A stretch of 24,476 bases of DNA from an uncultured Desulfobacteraceae bacterium (GCA_964438065.1 CAYTJI010000001.1:1-24476); one strand, 5' to 3'; counted from the first letter of the stretch, positions 1-8,294 are shown. The notes: a model not told the origin generated them from the letters alone. Made by a program: numbers and translations.

Positions 1-3000
1 TCGAACAAGGACGTGGGCGCCCGGACCATTGAGATCAACCGGGCCGAGTATATCATCCGTGGCATCGGTTTTGTAAAAAAGATCTCCGATCTTGAAAACG
101 CGGTGATCAAGGTCAACGACAATGTGCCGGTATATGTGAAAAATGTGGCCCATGTCAGCCTCGGCCCGGCCCTGCGGCGGGGGGCCCTGGACAAAGGGGG
201 CGTGGAAGCCGTGGGCGGCGTCGTGGTGGTACGATATGGCGGAAACCCGCTGGCGGCAATCAAAAATGTGAAAAAGAAAATCGCTGAAATCGCACCCGGG
301 CTTCCGAAGAAAACCCTGCCTGACGGAACCGTGAGCCAGGTGACGATCGTGCCCTTTTATGACCGGACCGGCCTGATCTACGAAACACTGGGCACACTCG
401 ACACGGCCCTGACAGAGGAAATCCTGGTCACGGTCATCGTCATTCTGTTCATGCTTATGCACCTGCGCAGCTCCATCCTCGTGTCCGGTCTCCTGCCCCT
501 GGCCGTACTCATGTGCTTTATCGCCATGAAGCTGTTTGGTGTGGACGCCAATATCGTTGCCCTGTCCGGTATCGCCATTGCCATCGGCACCATGGTTGAT
601 ATGGGGGTGGTCCTGTGCGAAAACATCCTCAGGAGGCTGGATGAAGCCGGGCCGGGAGAGAACTCCCTGGAAGTCATCTACCGGGCCTCCACCGAGGTCG
701 GCAGCGCCGTGGTCACGGCCGTGTCGACCACGGTGGTCAGTTTCCTCCCTGTCTTCACCATGCAGGCCGCTGAAGGAAAACTCTTCAAACCGCTGGCCTA
801 CACCAAGACATTTGCCATGGTTGCGGCCGTCATCGTGGCCATTACAATTATCCCGGCCCTGGCCCATATTCTTTTCCGCGGCCGGATACGTGCCGGGAAA
901 CTCCGGTCCGTGGCCCTGTGGGCGCTCGTTGTGGCGGGCATTGCGGCGGCCATTGCCATAAAATGGTATCTGGGCCTGATCCTTGTCCTGACGGGTGTGT
1001 ATTATCTCCTAGAATCCAGAATCCCTCGGGTCGTACAAACAGCGGTCCCGTTCATGACCAGCGCGCTGGCCATCCTGTTTGTTGCCGTGGTGCTGAGCGA
1101 ACACTGGCTGCCCATGGGCCCGGAGCAGGGTTTTTTCCGAAACCTTTTCTTTGTTCTGGTCATGATTCTGGGTCTGCTGGTCCTGATTCAGCTTTTCATG
1201 CGTTTCTACCGGCCCCTTCTGGCCCTCTGCCTTTCCCACAAAACCGTGTTCATGACCATTCCGCTGGTGATTGTCCTGCTGGGCGGGCTGTCCTGGCTGG
1301 GGTTTGAAGGCATATTCGGATGGCTCCCGGACGGGATTAAAACCAGCCGCGCGGGCATCTATCTCTCGCAGAAATTTCCCGGACTGGGAAAGGAGTTCAT
1401 GCCGCCCCTGGACGAAGGGTCCTATCTGTACATGCCGACCACCATGCCGCACGCGTCCATCGGTGAGGTCCTGGACGTACTTCACAAACAGGATATGGCT
1501 TTCCAGAACATCCCGGAAATTGAATCTGCGGTGGGCAAACTGGGACGCGCGGACACGGCCCTGGATCCGGCCCCGATCTCCATGATTGAAACGATTATCA
1601 ATTACAAATCCCAATACCTTGTCGACAAGAGCGGCAAACGTGTCCGGTTCCGGTTCGATGAGGCCGGAAAAGACCTGTTCCGAAGCGCCGACGGCACGCC
1701 GCTTCCCGCTCCGGACGGCCGGCCCTATTATGTCCGGGGGGTTTACGCGCGTGATGACGCCGGTCGCCTGATTCCCGACCGGAACGGCAGGCCCTTTCGC
1801 CAGTGGCGCCCCCAGCTGGACCCGGATCTGAATAACCACCGTGCGGCGTGGAAAGGCGTCCAGAGCCCGGACGACATCTGGAACGAGATCGTCAAGGCCG
1901 GAAAGATTCCTGGGGCGACATCCGCCCCCAAGCTGCAACCCATTGCCGCGCGTATCGTGATGCTCCAGAGCGGCATGCGCGCGCCCATGGGCATCAAAGT
2001 CAAAGGGCCGAGTCTCGAAGCCATCGAAAAGGTCGGTCTGCAACTGGAAAAACTGCTCAAGCAGGTCCCTTCCGTGGAACCTTCCGCCGTGATCGCCGAC
2101 CGTATCGTGGGCAAGCCCTACCTGGAAATCATTATCGACCGAGAGGCGATTGCCCGGTACGGTATCATGCTTGAACAGGTGCAGGATGCGATCGAAGTGG
2201 CCATTGGAGGGCGGCGGATCACCACCACCGTGGAAGGGCGGGAACGCTACCCGGTGCGTGTGCGTTATGAACGGGAACTCCGTGACAGTATCGAAGGCCT
2301 GGGCCGCATCCTGATCCCCTCCCCGGCCGGTGCCCAGATCCCCCTGTCCCAGTTGGCTGAAATCCGGTATGTTCGCGGACCGCAGGTCATCAAGAGCGAG
2401 GACACATTCCTGATCGGCTACGTGCTCCTGGACAAAAAAGAAGGCTGGGCTGAAGTCGAGGTCGTTGAACAGGCCCGGGCTTTTCTCAACAAAAAAATCA
2501 AGAGCGGGAAACTGGTCATTCCGGCCGGCGTCAGTTACACGTTCGCCGGGAGCTATAAGAACCAGGTCCGTTCGGAAAAGAAACTCATGGTGGTGCTACC
2601 TCTCGCCCTTTTCATCATCTTCATGATTCTCTATTTTCAGTTCAAGTCCGTCCTGACCACCCTGCTTGTGTTTTCCGGCATTGTCGTGGCCTGGGCCGGT
2701 GGGTTTATTCTGATCTGGCTGTATGCCCAGCCCTGGTTCATGGATTTCAGCGTGTTCGCCAATCACATGCGCGATTTCTTTCAGGTGCATCCGGTCAATC
2801 TCAGCGTGGCGGTCTGGGTGGGGTTTCTTGCCCTGTTCGGCATTGCGTCGGATAACGGCGTCATCATGGCCACCTACCTGGATCAGACCTTCGACCAAAA
2901 CAAGCCGCAATCGGTAAATGAGATCCGTGAAGCCACGCTGGAAGCCGGCACCCGCCGGGTGCGGCCGTGTCTCATGACCACGGCCACGACACTTTTGGCC

Positions 3001-3204
3001 CTGATTCCGGTACTGGCATCCACGGGCCGGGGCTCTGATATCATGGTGCCCATGGCCATCCCGTCCTTTGGCGGCATGCTGGTCGTCATCATCAGCATCT
3101 TTGTCGTACCCGTGCTGTACTGCGCGATCCGGGAATTCGGATTCAAATCATCAAAAAGTGAGGCAACTCATGAAAGAGCCCAACCTTCGCAAATACCATC
3201 GTAA
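1..3204 (+). CDS. cusA: CusA/CzcA-family heavy-metal efflux RND permease, Cu(I)/Ag(I) type; 5'-partial (frame open from base 1)
   Basis: The frame reads SNKDVGARTIEINRAEYIIRG from base 1. It has the RND TM4 motif AIAIGTMVDMGVVLCEN, then AEGKLFKPLAYTKTF and GRERYPVRVRY, and C-terminal RVRPCLMT...PMAIPSFGG. Equivalents of the CusA methionine triad are present (YLYMPTT, APISMIET, RIVMLQSG). Confidence 0.92.
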   Translation, partial: SNKDVGARTIEINRAEYIIRGIGFVKKISDLENAVIKVNDNVPVYVKNVAHVSLGPALRRGALDKGGVEAVGGVVVVRYGGNPLAAIKNVKKKIAEIAPGLPKKTLPDGTVSQVTIVPFYDRTGLIYETLGTLDTALTEEILVTVIVILFMLMHLRSSILVSGLLPLAVLMCFIAMKLFGVDANIVALSGIAIAIGTMVDMGVVLCENILRRLDEAGPGENSLEVIYRASTEVGSAVVTAVSTTVVSFLPVFTMQAAEGKLFKPLAYTKTFAMVAAVIVAITIIPALAHILFRGRIRAGKLRSVALWALVVAGIAAAIAIKWYLGLILVLTGVYYLLESRIPRVVQTAVPFMTSALAILFVAVVLSEHWLPMGPEQGFFRNLFFVLVMILGLLVLIQLFMRFYRPLLALCLSHKTVFMTIPLVIVLLGGLSWLGFEGIFGWLPDGIKTSRAGIYLSQKFPGLGKEFMPPLDEGSYLYMPTTMPHASIGEVLDVLHKQDMAFQNIPEIESAVGKLGRADTALDPAPISMIETIINYKSQYLVDKSGKRVRFRFDEAGKDLFRSADGTPLPAPDGRPYYVRGVYARDDAGRLIPDRNGRPFRQWRPQLDPDLNNHRAAWKGVQSPDDIWNEIVKAGKIPGATSAPKLQPIAARIVMLQSGMRAPMGIKVKGPSLEAIEKVGLQLEKLLKQVPSVEPSAVIADRIVGKPYLEIIIDREAIARYGIMLEQVQDAIEVAIGGRRITTTVEGRERYPVRVRYERELRDSIEGLGRILIPSPAGAQIPLSQLAEIRYVRGPQVIKSEDTFLIGYVLLDKKEGWAEVEVVEQARAFLNKKIKSGKLVIPAGVSYTFAGSYKNQVRSEKKLMVVLPLALFIIFMILYFQFKSVLTTLLVFSGIVVAWAGGFILIWLYAQPWFMDFSVFANHMRDFFQVHPVNLSVAVWVGFLALFGIASDNGVIMATYLDQTFDQNKPQSVNEIREATLEAGTRRVRPCLMTTATTLLALIPVLASTGRGSDIMVPMAIPSFGGMLVVIISIFVVPVLYCAIREFGFKSSKSEATHERAQPSQIPS

Positions 3205-3295
3205 CATGGGCATCTGTATCGTTTTCCTGATCCTCCTTCAGACGGGAACCGGGATTTTTCTGAGCCCACGTCTCCGGAACGTCTCACGAGGCTGA
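3170..3295 (+). pseudogene. 41-aa ORF resembling the first helix of a PepSY-associated TM protein; probably a truncated remnant
   Basis: ATG at 3170 follows GAGG. The peptide MKEPNLRKYHRNMGICIVFLILLQTGTGIFLSPRLRNVSRG has an R-x-x-H-x-x-x-G start, one hydrophobic helix and TG. It stops inside the 3' end of the convergent gene. Confidence 0.45.
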
Positions 3296-3952
3296 AAGAA
3301 AAGACTGAATGAATTCCCTTACGCGGGCTTTGCCTTTGTAAACGCCGAAATGCCCTTCGCAGAGGATATCGGCATCAAGAGACAAGAGACGTTCGAGGGA
3401 CCGCAGATAGTCATCCCTGTCGGACAGGATAACCGGGTTGATGGGCCCGTGGACATCCTGCCCGAAAAGCACCTTGTATCCGTCCGATTCCGTGAGATAG
3501 ACCACCGATCCCGGGGAATGACCCGGGGTATGAATGGCCTCGATCCGTCTGCCTCCCAGATCAATCTCCTCCCGTGGCCCCTTTAACCTCCGGTCAATTC
3601 GAAAAGGCTGGATGGCCGCCCCGTACCATTTGGCCGCGGTGACCGTGTTGTCCCCTTTTTCAAGAAACGATGCTTCCAGTTCGTGGGCAACGACGTCCAT
3701 GGAGAGGAATTCTTTCAGGCCCGAAACCCCGCCGGTGTGGTCAAAATGACAGTGGGTAATCAGCAGGAGTTCAATTGAATCCGGTTTGACACCACAGGAC
3801 CGGATGTTACGCAACAGCTTGTGCTGCGCACGGCCGCACCCCGCGTCAACCATTGCGGCATGCCCGTCGAAATTGATCACGTAAACGGCCGCGTCTTCAG
3901 GACTGGTGTAGCCAGCTCCCCCAATTTGAAATATCTCACTCGTTATCTCCAT
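3284..3952 (-). CDS. Metallo-beta-lactamase-fold hydrolase (glyoxalase II-like), about 222 aa
   Basis: HxHxDH motif THCHFDHTGG, HTPGHSPGS, GQD and EGH. The start is placed at ATG 3952 (MEITSEIF), which has a GGGG upstream. The 44-codon extension in the ORF track looks non-coding. Confidence 0.88.
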   Translation of the reverse strand: MEITSEIFQIGGAGYTSPEDAAVYVINFDGHAAMVDAGCGRAQHKLLRNIRSCGVKPDSIELLLITHCHFDHTGGVSGLKEFLSMDVVAHELEASFLEKGDNTVTAAKWYGAAIQPFRIDRRLKGPREEIDLGGRRIEAIHTPGHSPGSVVYLTESDGYKVLFGQDVHGPINPVILSDRDDYLRSLERLLSLDADILCEGHFGVYKGKARVREFIQSFLSAS

Positions 3953-4143
3953 AAGACCCCATGCCGGCCCGGCCTGAATCGGTCCCGCTTTCTCGTTCAC
4001 GGAATTTTCCGCCCGACCCCAAAAAACCACAGAGAGCATCCGGCTGTGTGGATATATGGTGCCGCTATTTCCTCTAACACACAATATATCGACAGAAATT
4101 CTCTGAAAAAATCGTCAACTGGTTCATTTTGCAGTTTTTTTTC

Positions 4144-4172
4144 TTGACAATGCAAGGATAAGAAAAGATAGT
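4144..4172 (+). promoter_or_regulatory. Putative sigma70 promoter of the dcw operon
   Basis: TTGACA (4144-4149), a 17-nt spacer, then GATAGT (4167-4172), preceded by a T-tract and lying just upstream of mraZ. Confidence 0.65.
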
Positions 4173-4207
4173 GTCACGAAGTGGATAATTGTGTCACAAA
4201 GTGTCAT
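4168..4207 (+). promoter_or_regulatory. Four MraZ-type operator boxes with 10-bp period
   Basis: GTGTCACGAA / GTGGATAATT / GTGTCACAAA / GTGTCAT at 4171, 4181, 4191 and 4201. They overlap the -10 and the transcription start region. MraZ is known to bind 10-bp-period GTG(G/T) repeats upstream of its own gene. Confidence 0.75.
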
Positions 4208-4219
4208 GGACCAGGATAT

Positions 4220-4672
4220 ATGATATTCAGAGGACGTTTCAAACACAACCTTGACGCCAAGGGCAGACTCGCCATCCCGGCGAGATACAAAGAGACCCTG
4301 GAAAAAAACGGCCAGGACTGTCTGGTTGTGACCAACCATGACACCGGGGATGATACGTGCCTTTGGGCCTTTCCAATGGACAAATGGCTCGAGATCGAGG
4401 AAAAGGCGGCCAGGCTCCCCCAGTTCAACCGTGCGGCTAACGTCTATATCCGGTTTTTTATCTCAGGCGCGGTCGAATGTCCACTGAAAAACGGGCGGAT
4501 CACGATACCCCCGGACCTGAGACAGATTGCGGGCCTGAAAAAAGAGGTTGTCCTCGTCGGCTCGGGAACAAAATTTGAAATCTGGGAGAAAGGCAAGTGG
4601 GAGAAGGAATTTGAACGTTCCAGGGAAAAATTTCCCGAGGCCAGTGAAGCACTTGAGGAGTTCGGCATATGA
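4220..4672 (+). CDS. mraZ: Division/cell wall cluster transcriptional repressor MraZ, 150 aa
   Basis: MIFRGRFKHNLDAKGRLAIP, GRITIPPDLR and VVLVGSGTKFEIW. ATG 4220 has an AGGA ribosome site. It is the first gene of the dcw cluster. Confidence 0.95.
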   Translation: MIFRGRFKHNLDAKGRLAIPARYKETLEKNGQDCLVVTNHDTGDDTCLWAFPMDKWLEIEEKAARLPQFNRAANVYIRFFISGAVECPLKNGRITIPPDLRQIAGLKKEVVLVGSGTKFEIWEKGKWEKEFERSREKFPEASEALEEFGI

Positions 4673-4724
4673 AGTCCCTGTAAACGCCAATCCTGCTTCT
4701 TTTGTCCTGCGGATGTGGAAACAC

Positions 4725-4964
4725 GAGACCTCTGAAAACTGACCGGTTTTGCGCCAAATCAAATCAAAAAGCCTGCACTGATAAGAAGGGGAAGGCCAAA
4801 TCACGCCATCGCGTGAATAACCGACTCAATATATTGAATATTTTGAAGATTATAAGTTGATCCCAACCTGTCTGGGTGCCGGCCTGTCCCGTCCGGACGG
4901 CAGACAGGCAACGCATAGGCAGGCGCCGTGTTGGTGCAAAAAGAGGTCGCTTTTCAAAGGTCTC
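4725..4964. mobile_element. MITE-like element A (240 bp) between mraZ and rsmH
   Basis: Terminal inverted repeats GAGACCTCTGAAAACTGACC (4725-4744) and GGTCGCTTTTCAAAGGTCTC (4945-4964) match at 17/20 and extend inward (TTTTGCGCCAA / TTGGTGCAAAA). There is no coding capacity and no clear target duplication. Confidence 0.7.
4867..4923. repeat. Doubly nested CCTG...CAGG hairpins inside element A
   Basis: The outer unit is CCTGTCTG...TAGGCAGG (4867-4923). The inner unit is CCTGTCCCGTCCGGACGGCAGACAGG (4883-4908), with a perfect 12-nt palindrome CCGTCCGGACGG at 4889-4900. Confidence 0.7.
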
Positions 4965-5029
4965 ATGCGGCAGTTCCATCAGGAGAGGCAATCCAAATCC
5001 ATTTTCAAGGTATCGCAGGGATTTCAGGT

Positions 5030-5971
5030 TTGGGATACCCACACCAGCCAGTTCTCGTCCATGAAGTCGTCCGGTATCTGTGCCACAAGGCAGATGGCAC
5101 ATACGTGGACGGCACGGTTGGACCGGGCGGGCACAGCGAGGCGATTGGTCGGAGTCTCACCGCAACGGGGCGTTTGATATGCCTGGACCGGGATCCGGAA
5201 GCTATCCGAATGGCCGGGGAAAGGCTGACCTTTCTTAAAAATCGTGTCAAACTGGTCCAGGCAAACTTTGCAGACCTGGATGACGTTCTTTCATCGCTGG
5301 GAATCCAGTCGGTTGACGGTGTTCTGCTGGACCTGGGTCTGTCTTCCTGGCAAATCGAGCACTCGGGCAGGGGATTCAGCTTCAACAGAGACGAACATAT
5401 TGACATGAGGATGGATCCGAACGATGAAACGACGGCATATGAACTCGTCAATGCCCTTTCCCTACAGGACATTGAAAGGATCTTGAAAGAATATGGTGAA
5501 GAAAAAAGAGCGGGCCGAATCGCAAGGGCTGTTGTCCGGGCACGGGCCAAAAAGCCTCTTGAAACATCCTCTCAGCTGGCAGATGTGATTCGGTCGGCAT
5601 TCCCATCGTCGCATCGATTCACAGCCAGGCATCCTGCGACAAGAACATTCCAGGCCTTCAGGATAGCCGTTAACAGGGAATTACAGAATATCGATATATT
5701 TCTGGATAAGATTCCATCTCTGATTTCAGCAGGAGGAAGGCTGGTCGTCATATCCTATCACTCACTTGAAGACAGGCGCTTCAAACAGACCATGATGCAC
5801 TGGGAAAGGACCTGCACCTGCCCACCGGATTTCCCCCGGTGCGTCTGCGGGAAGGTTCCTCTTTTCAGACGTCTGTTCAGGAAAGGGATTAAGGCGGGTA
5901 CCGAGGAAGTGCACAACAACCCCAGGGCGCGCAGCGCGGTTCTGAGAGCTGCGGAAAGGATTCAGCCATGA
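5030..5971 (+). CDS. rsmH: 16S rRNA (cytosine1402-N4)-methyltransferase RsmH (MraW), about 313 aa
   Basis: HQPVLVHEV, DGTVGPGGHS, LLDLGLSSWQ, RGFSF, DMRMD, HPATRTFQAFRIAVN, SYHSLEDR and NPRARSAVLR. The likely start is TTG 5030; the ORF-track start at 4928 lies inside element A. Confidence 0.95.
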   Translation: MGYPHQPVLVHEVVRYLCHKADGTYVDGTVGPGGHSEAIGRSLTATGRLICLDRDPEAIRMAGERLTFLKNRVKLVQANFADLDDVLSSLGIQSVDGVLLDLGLSSWQIEHSGRGFSFNRDEHIDMRMDPNDETTAYELVNALSLQDIERILKEYGEEKRAGRIARAVVRARAKKPLETSSQLADVIRSAFPSSHRFTARHPATRTFQAFRIAVNRELQNIDIFLDKIPSLISAGGRLVVISYHSLEDRRFKQTMMHWERTCTCPPDFPRCVCGKVPLFRRLFRKGIKAGTEEVHNNPRARSAVLRAAERIQP

Positions 5972-6333
5972 CACGACCGGAAAAAATTTCGAGGATGGTG
6001 GGATCAAGGAATACGAACTCGGGCGTCCGCATAAAAAACAGCCGGGTCAGGAAAAGAAAGACCGGCATGACCCGAAAACAGGTCCTCCTGGCCGGTCTGA
6101 TCCTGTTACTTTTCATGGGCAGCGGAATCAGTTATGTATGGTCCAATTTCGAGATGACTCAGAGAGGATACGACATCAGTGAACTCAGAACTGAAGAGAT
6201 GCGACTGCTGGACAAAAACCGCAAATTGAGACTGGAACTGGCAATTCTGGAGTCCCCGCAGAATCTTGAGACCCTGGCACACAAACTGGGGCTTCGACAA
6301 CCAACCCCTGATCAGATTATTGTCCTGAAATGA
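5968..6333 (+). CDS. ftsL: Cell division protein FtsL
   Basis: It sits between rsmH and ftsI with ATGA overlaps at both ends. It has a basic N-terminus, a single TM helix (VLLAGLILLLFMGSGISYVW), a coiled coil, and ends ESPQNLETLAHKLGLRQP. Confidence 0.82.
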   Translation: MTRPEKISRMVGSRNTNSGVRIKNSRVRKRKTGMTRKQVLLAGLILLLFMGSGISYVWSNFEMTQRGYDISELRTEEMRLLDKNRKLRLELAILESPQNLETLAHKLGLRQPTPDQIIVLK

Positions 6334-8294
6334 AGGTCGGAGAAAAAAAACGGATTCGGTTCCGTATCTACCTGGTGGCCTTTTTTTTTCTACTGGCCTT
6401 GGGGACGGTCCTGGCCAGGGCGTATCAACTCCAGATACGGAAAAAGGATGCTCTGGACGCCATCGCGCGAAACGGTTATATCGGTACGGCGAAACTCCCT
6501 CCGGAACGGGGAACCATATATGACAGAAAGGGCCGTGAACTGGCACTGAGCGTGCGAGTAAAATCCGTATACGCCCATCCCAGACGGATCAAGAACAAGA
6601 GAAAAACAGCCCGGCGACTGGCCCGTATTCTGAAACAGAAACAGGGCAGACTTCTGCGCCTGTTGAGGAGCGACCGATCATTTGTATGGATCGCCAGGAA
6701 AATTCCTCCTGTTCAGGCACAAAAGGTCATGTCCGCCCGTCTGGAAGGCGTCAACATCGTCGCCGAGAGCCGACGCTACTATCCCGAGAAAGAAAGCGGG
6801 GCTCATCTGGTGGGCTTTGTCGGCGCCGACAATCAGGGGCTGGAAGGGCTTGAAAAAAAATTCGATTCGCTGCTGAGGGGCCCGCAGTGCACCCTCACCC
6901 TGATGCGGGATGCCTTGGGACGCCCGTTTTCGGTCAGCAACCGGACTCCTTCCGGCCACGGGATGTATGACATCATCCTTACGATCGATAAGGACATTCA
7001 ATGCAAGGCCCAGAAGGCATTACGCGCGACAGTCAGAAAGCTGAAAGCCAGGGCAGGCAACTGCCTGGTCGTGGCCCCTGACACCGGAGAGATCCTGGCC
7101 ATGGCGGTCGAGCCGGAATTCAATCCGAACGTCTTCTCGTCTTACAGGCCGGATCAGTGGAGAAACCGCGCTGTTACAGACTGTTTCGAGCCCGGGTCCA
7201 CCATCAAGCCGTTCCTCCTGGCCGCGTGCCTGGAAGAACATGTCCTCACCACCCGTACCACATTTGACTGTGAAGAAGGGGCATACCGGATCGGCACGCA
7301 TGTGATCCACGACACCAAGAAACACGGTGTCATGAACGTGGCGGAAATCATCGTTCATTCCAGCAATATCGGCGGGGTCAAAATGGGCCGGCGCCTCGGA
7401 TATGCAAAATTCTATGATTACCTGAAAAAATTCGGGTTCGGCAGCAGGCTGGGCAACGATTTCCTGGGAGAAAGGACCGGGTTCATCCGGTCTCCTTCAA
7501 AAACCCGGGAAATCGACCAGGCCACCGCATTTTTCGGCCAGGGAATCACCGGTACCTCCCTGCAGCTTGCCATGGCCATGGGGGCCATCGCAAACGGCGG
7601 CCGGTTGATGCGGCCTTTTGTGGTGAAAGCCGTTGTGGACGAATCCGGCCGAACGGTAAAAAGAACCCGGCCGCAGGTCATCCGAAGGGTGATATCTGCA
7701 AAAACGGCAGCCAGCGTCTCACGCGTGCTCGAAGGCGTTGTCAGCGATGAAGGCACGGGCGCGCCGGCAGCGATCGCCGGGTTCAGGGTCGCGGGAAAAA
7801 CCGGCACTTCCCAGAAAGTGGATCCCCGAACCAGGAGGTATTCCCGGACAAAGTACGTGGCCACTTTTGTCGGGTTCGTCCCGGCTCAGAAACCCAGGCT
7901 GGTCATCCTGGTCACGGTTGATGAACCGAAAGAGATTCATTACGGGGGACTGGTAGCCGGGCCCGTATTTAAAGATGTGGGGAAATGGACCTTGAATTAT
8001 CTCCGGGTCAATCCGGATGTCAGATCAGCCGGCAGGGACAAAAAGGCACTGAAATATGTGATGATCGGCAAATATGCACCGGCGCTGAGTGCATCCGCGC
8101 CAGAAAAGGTCACCAAAGGGAGCCTGCCGGATTTCAGGGGCCTGGGGATGAGGCAGGTCCTGAAAAAATGCAGGGCCCTCGGCCTGGATATACGCCTTGA
8201 AGGAACCGGCATTGCGGACCGTCAAAGGCCTTCGCCGGGGGTATCCCTCAAGAAAGTGCCGATAGTCAGGGTAAGTTTCAGCCCTCCCGGATAA
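6330..8294 (+). CDS. ftsI: Class B penicillin-binding protein FtsI (PBP3) with C-terminal PASTA-like domain
   Basis: N-terminal TM helix, RGTIYDRKG and GLEGLEKKFD. Catalytic motifs are SxxK (EPGSTIKP), SxN (SSNIG) and KTG (GKTGTSQK). The tail reads LPDFRGLGMRQV...QRPSPG. Confidence 0.95.
   Translation: MKVGEKKRIRFRIYLVAFFFLLALGTVLARAYQLQIRKKDALDAIARNGYIGTAKLPPERGTIYDRKGRELALSVRVKSVYAHPRRIKNKRKTARRLARILKQKQGRLLRLLRSDRSFVWIARKIPPVQAQKVMSARLEGVNIVAESRRYYPEKESGAHLVGFVGADNQGLEGLEKKFDSLLRGPQCTLTLMRDALGRPFSVSNRTPSGHGMYDIILTIDKDIQCKAQKALRATVRKLKARAGNCLVVAPDTGEILAMAVEPEFNPNVFSSYRPDQWRNRAVTDCFEPGSTIKPFLLAACLEEHVLTTRTTFDCEEGAYRIGTHVIHDTKKHGVMNVAEIIVHSSNIGGVKMGRRLGYAKFYDYLKKFGFGSRLGNDFLGERTGFIRSPSKTREIDQATAFFGQGITGTSLQLAMAMGAIANGGRLMRPFVVKAVVDESGRTVKRTRPQVIRRVISAKTAASVSRVLEGVVSDEGTGAPAAIAGFRVAGKTGTSQKVDPRTRRYSRTKYVATFVGFVPAQKPRLVILVTVDEPKEIHYGGLVAGPVFKDVGKWTLNYLRVNPDVRSAGRDKKALKYVMIGKYAPALSASAPEKVTKGSLPDFRGLGMRQVLKKCRALGLDIRLEGTGIADRQRPSPGVSLKKVPIVRVSFSPPG

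Noticed and set aside
4117-4143. AACTG-N10-CAGTT followed by a T-run, terminator-like
   Set aside because: The stem is weak and AT-rich, no + strand gene lies directly upstream, and the T-tract is better explained as promoter-upstream sequence.
4928-5029. 34-aa N-terminal extension of RsmH in the ORF track (similar extensions for MBL, mraZ, murD and murG)
   Set aside because: It begins inside the inverted repeat of element A, and family similarity starts at MGYPHQPVL. The other extensions overlap upstream genes or promoter DNA.
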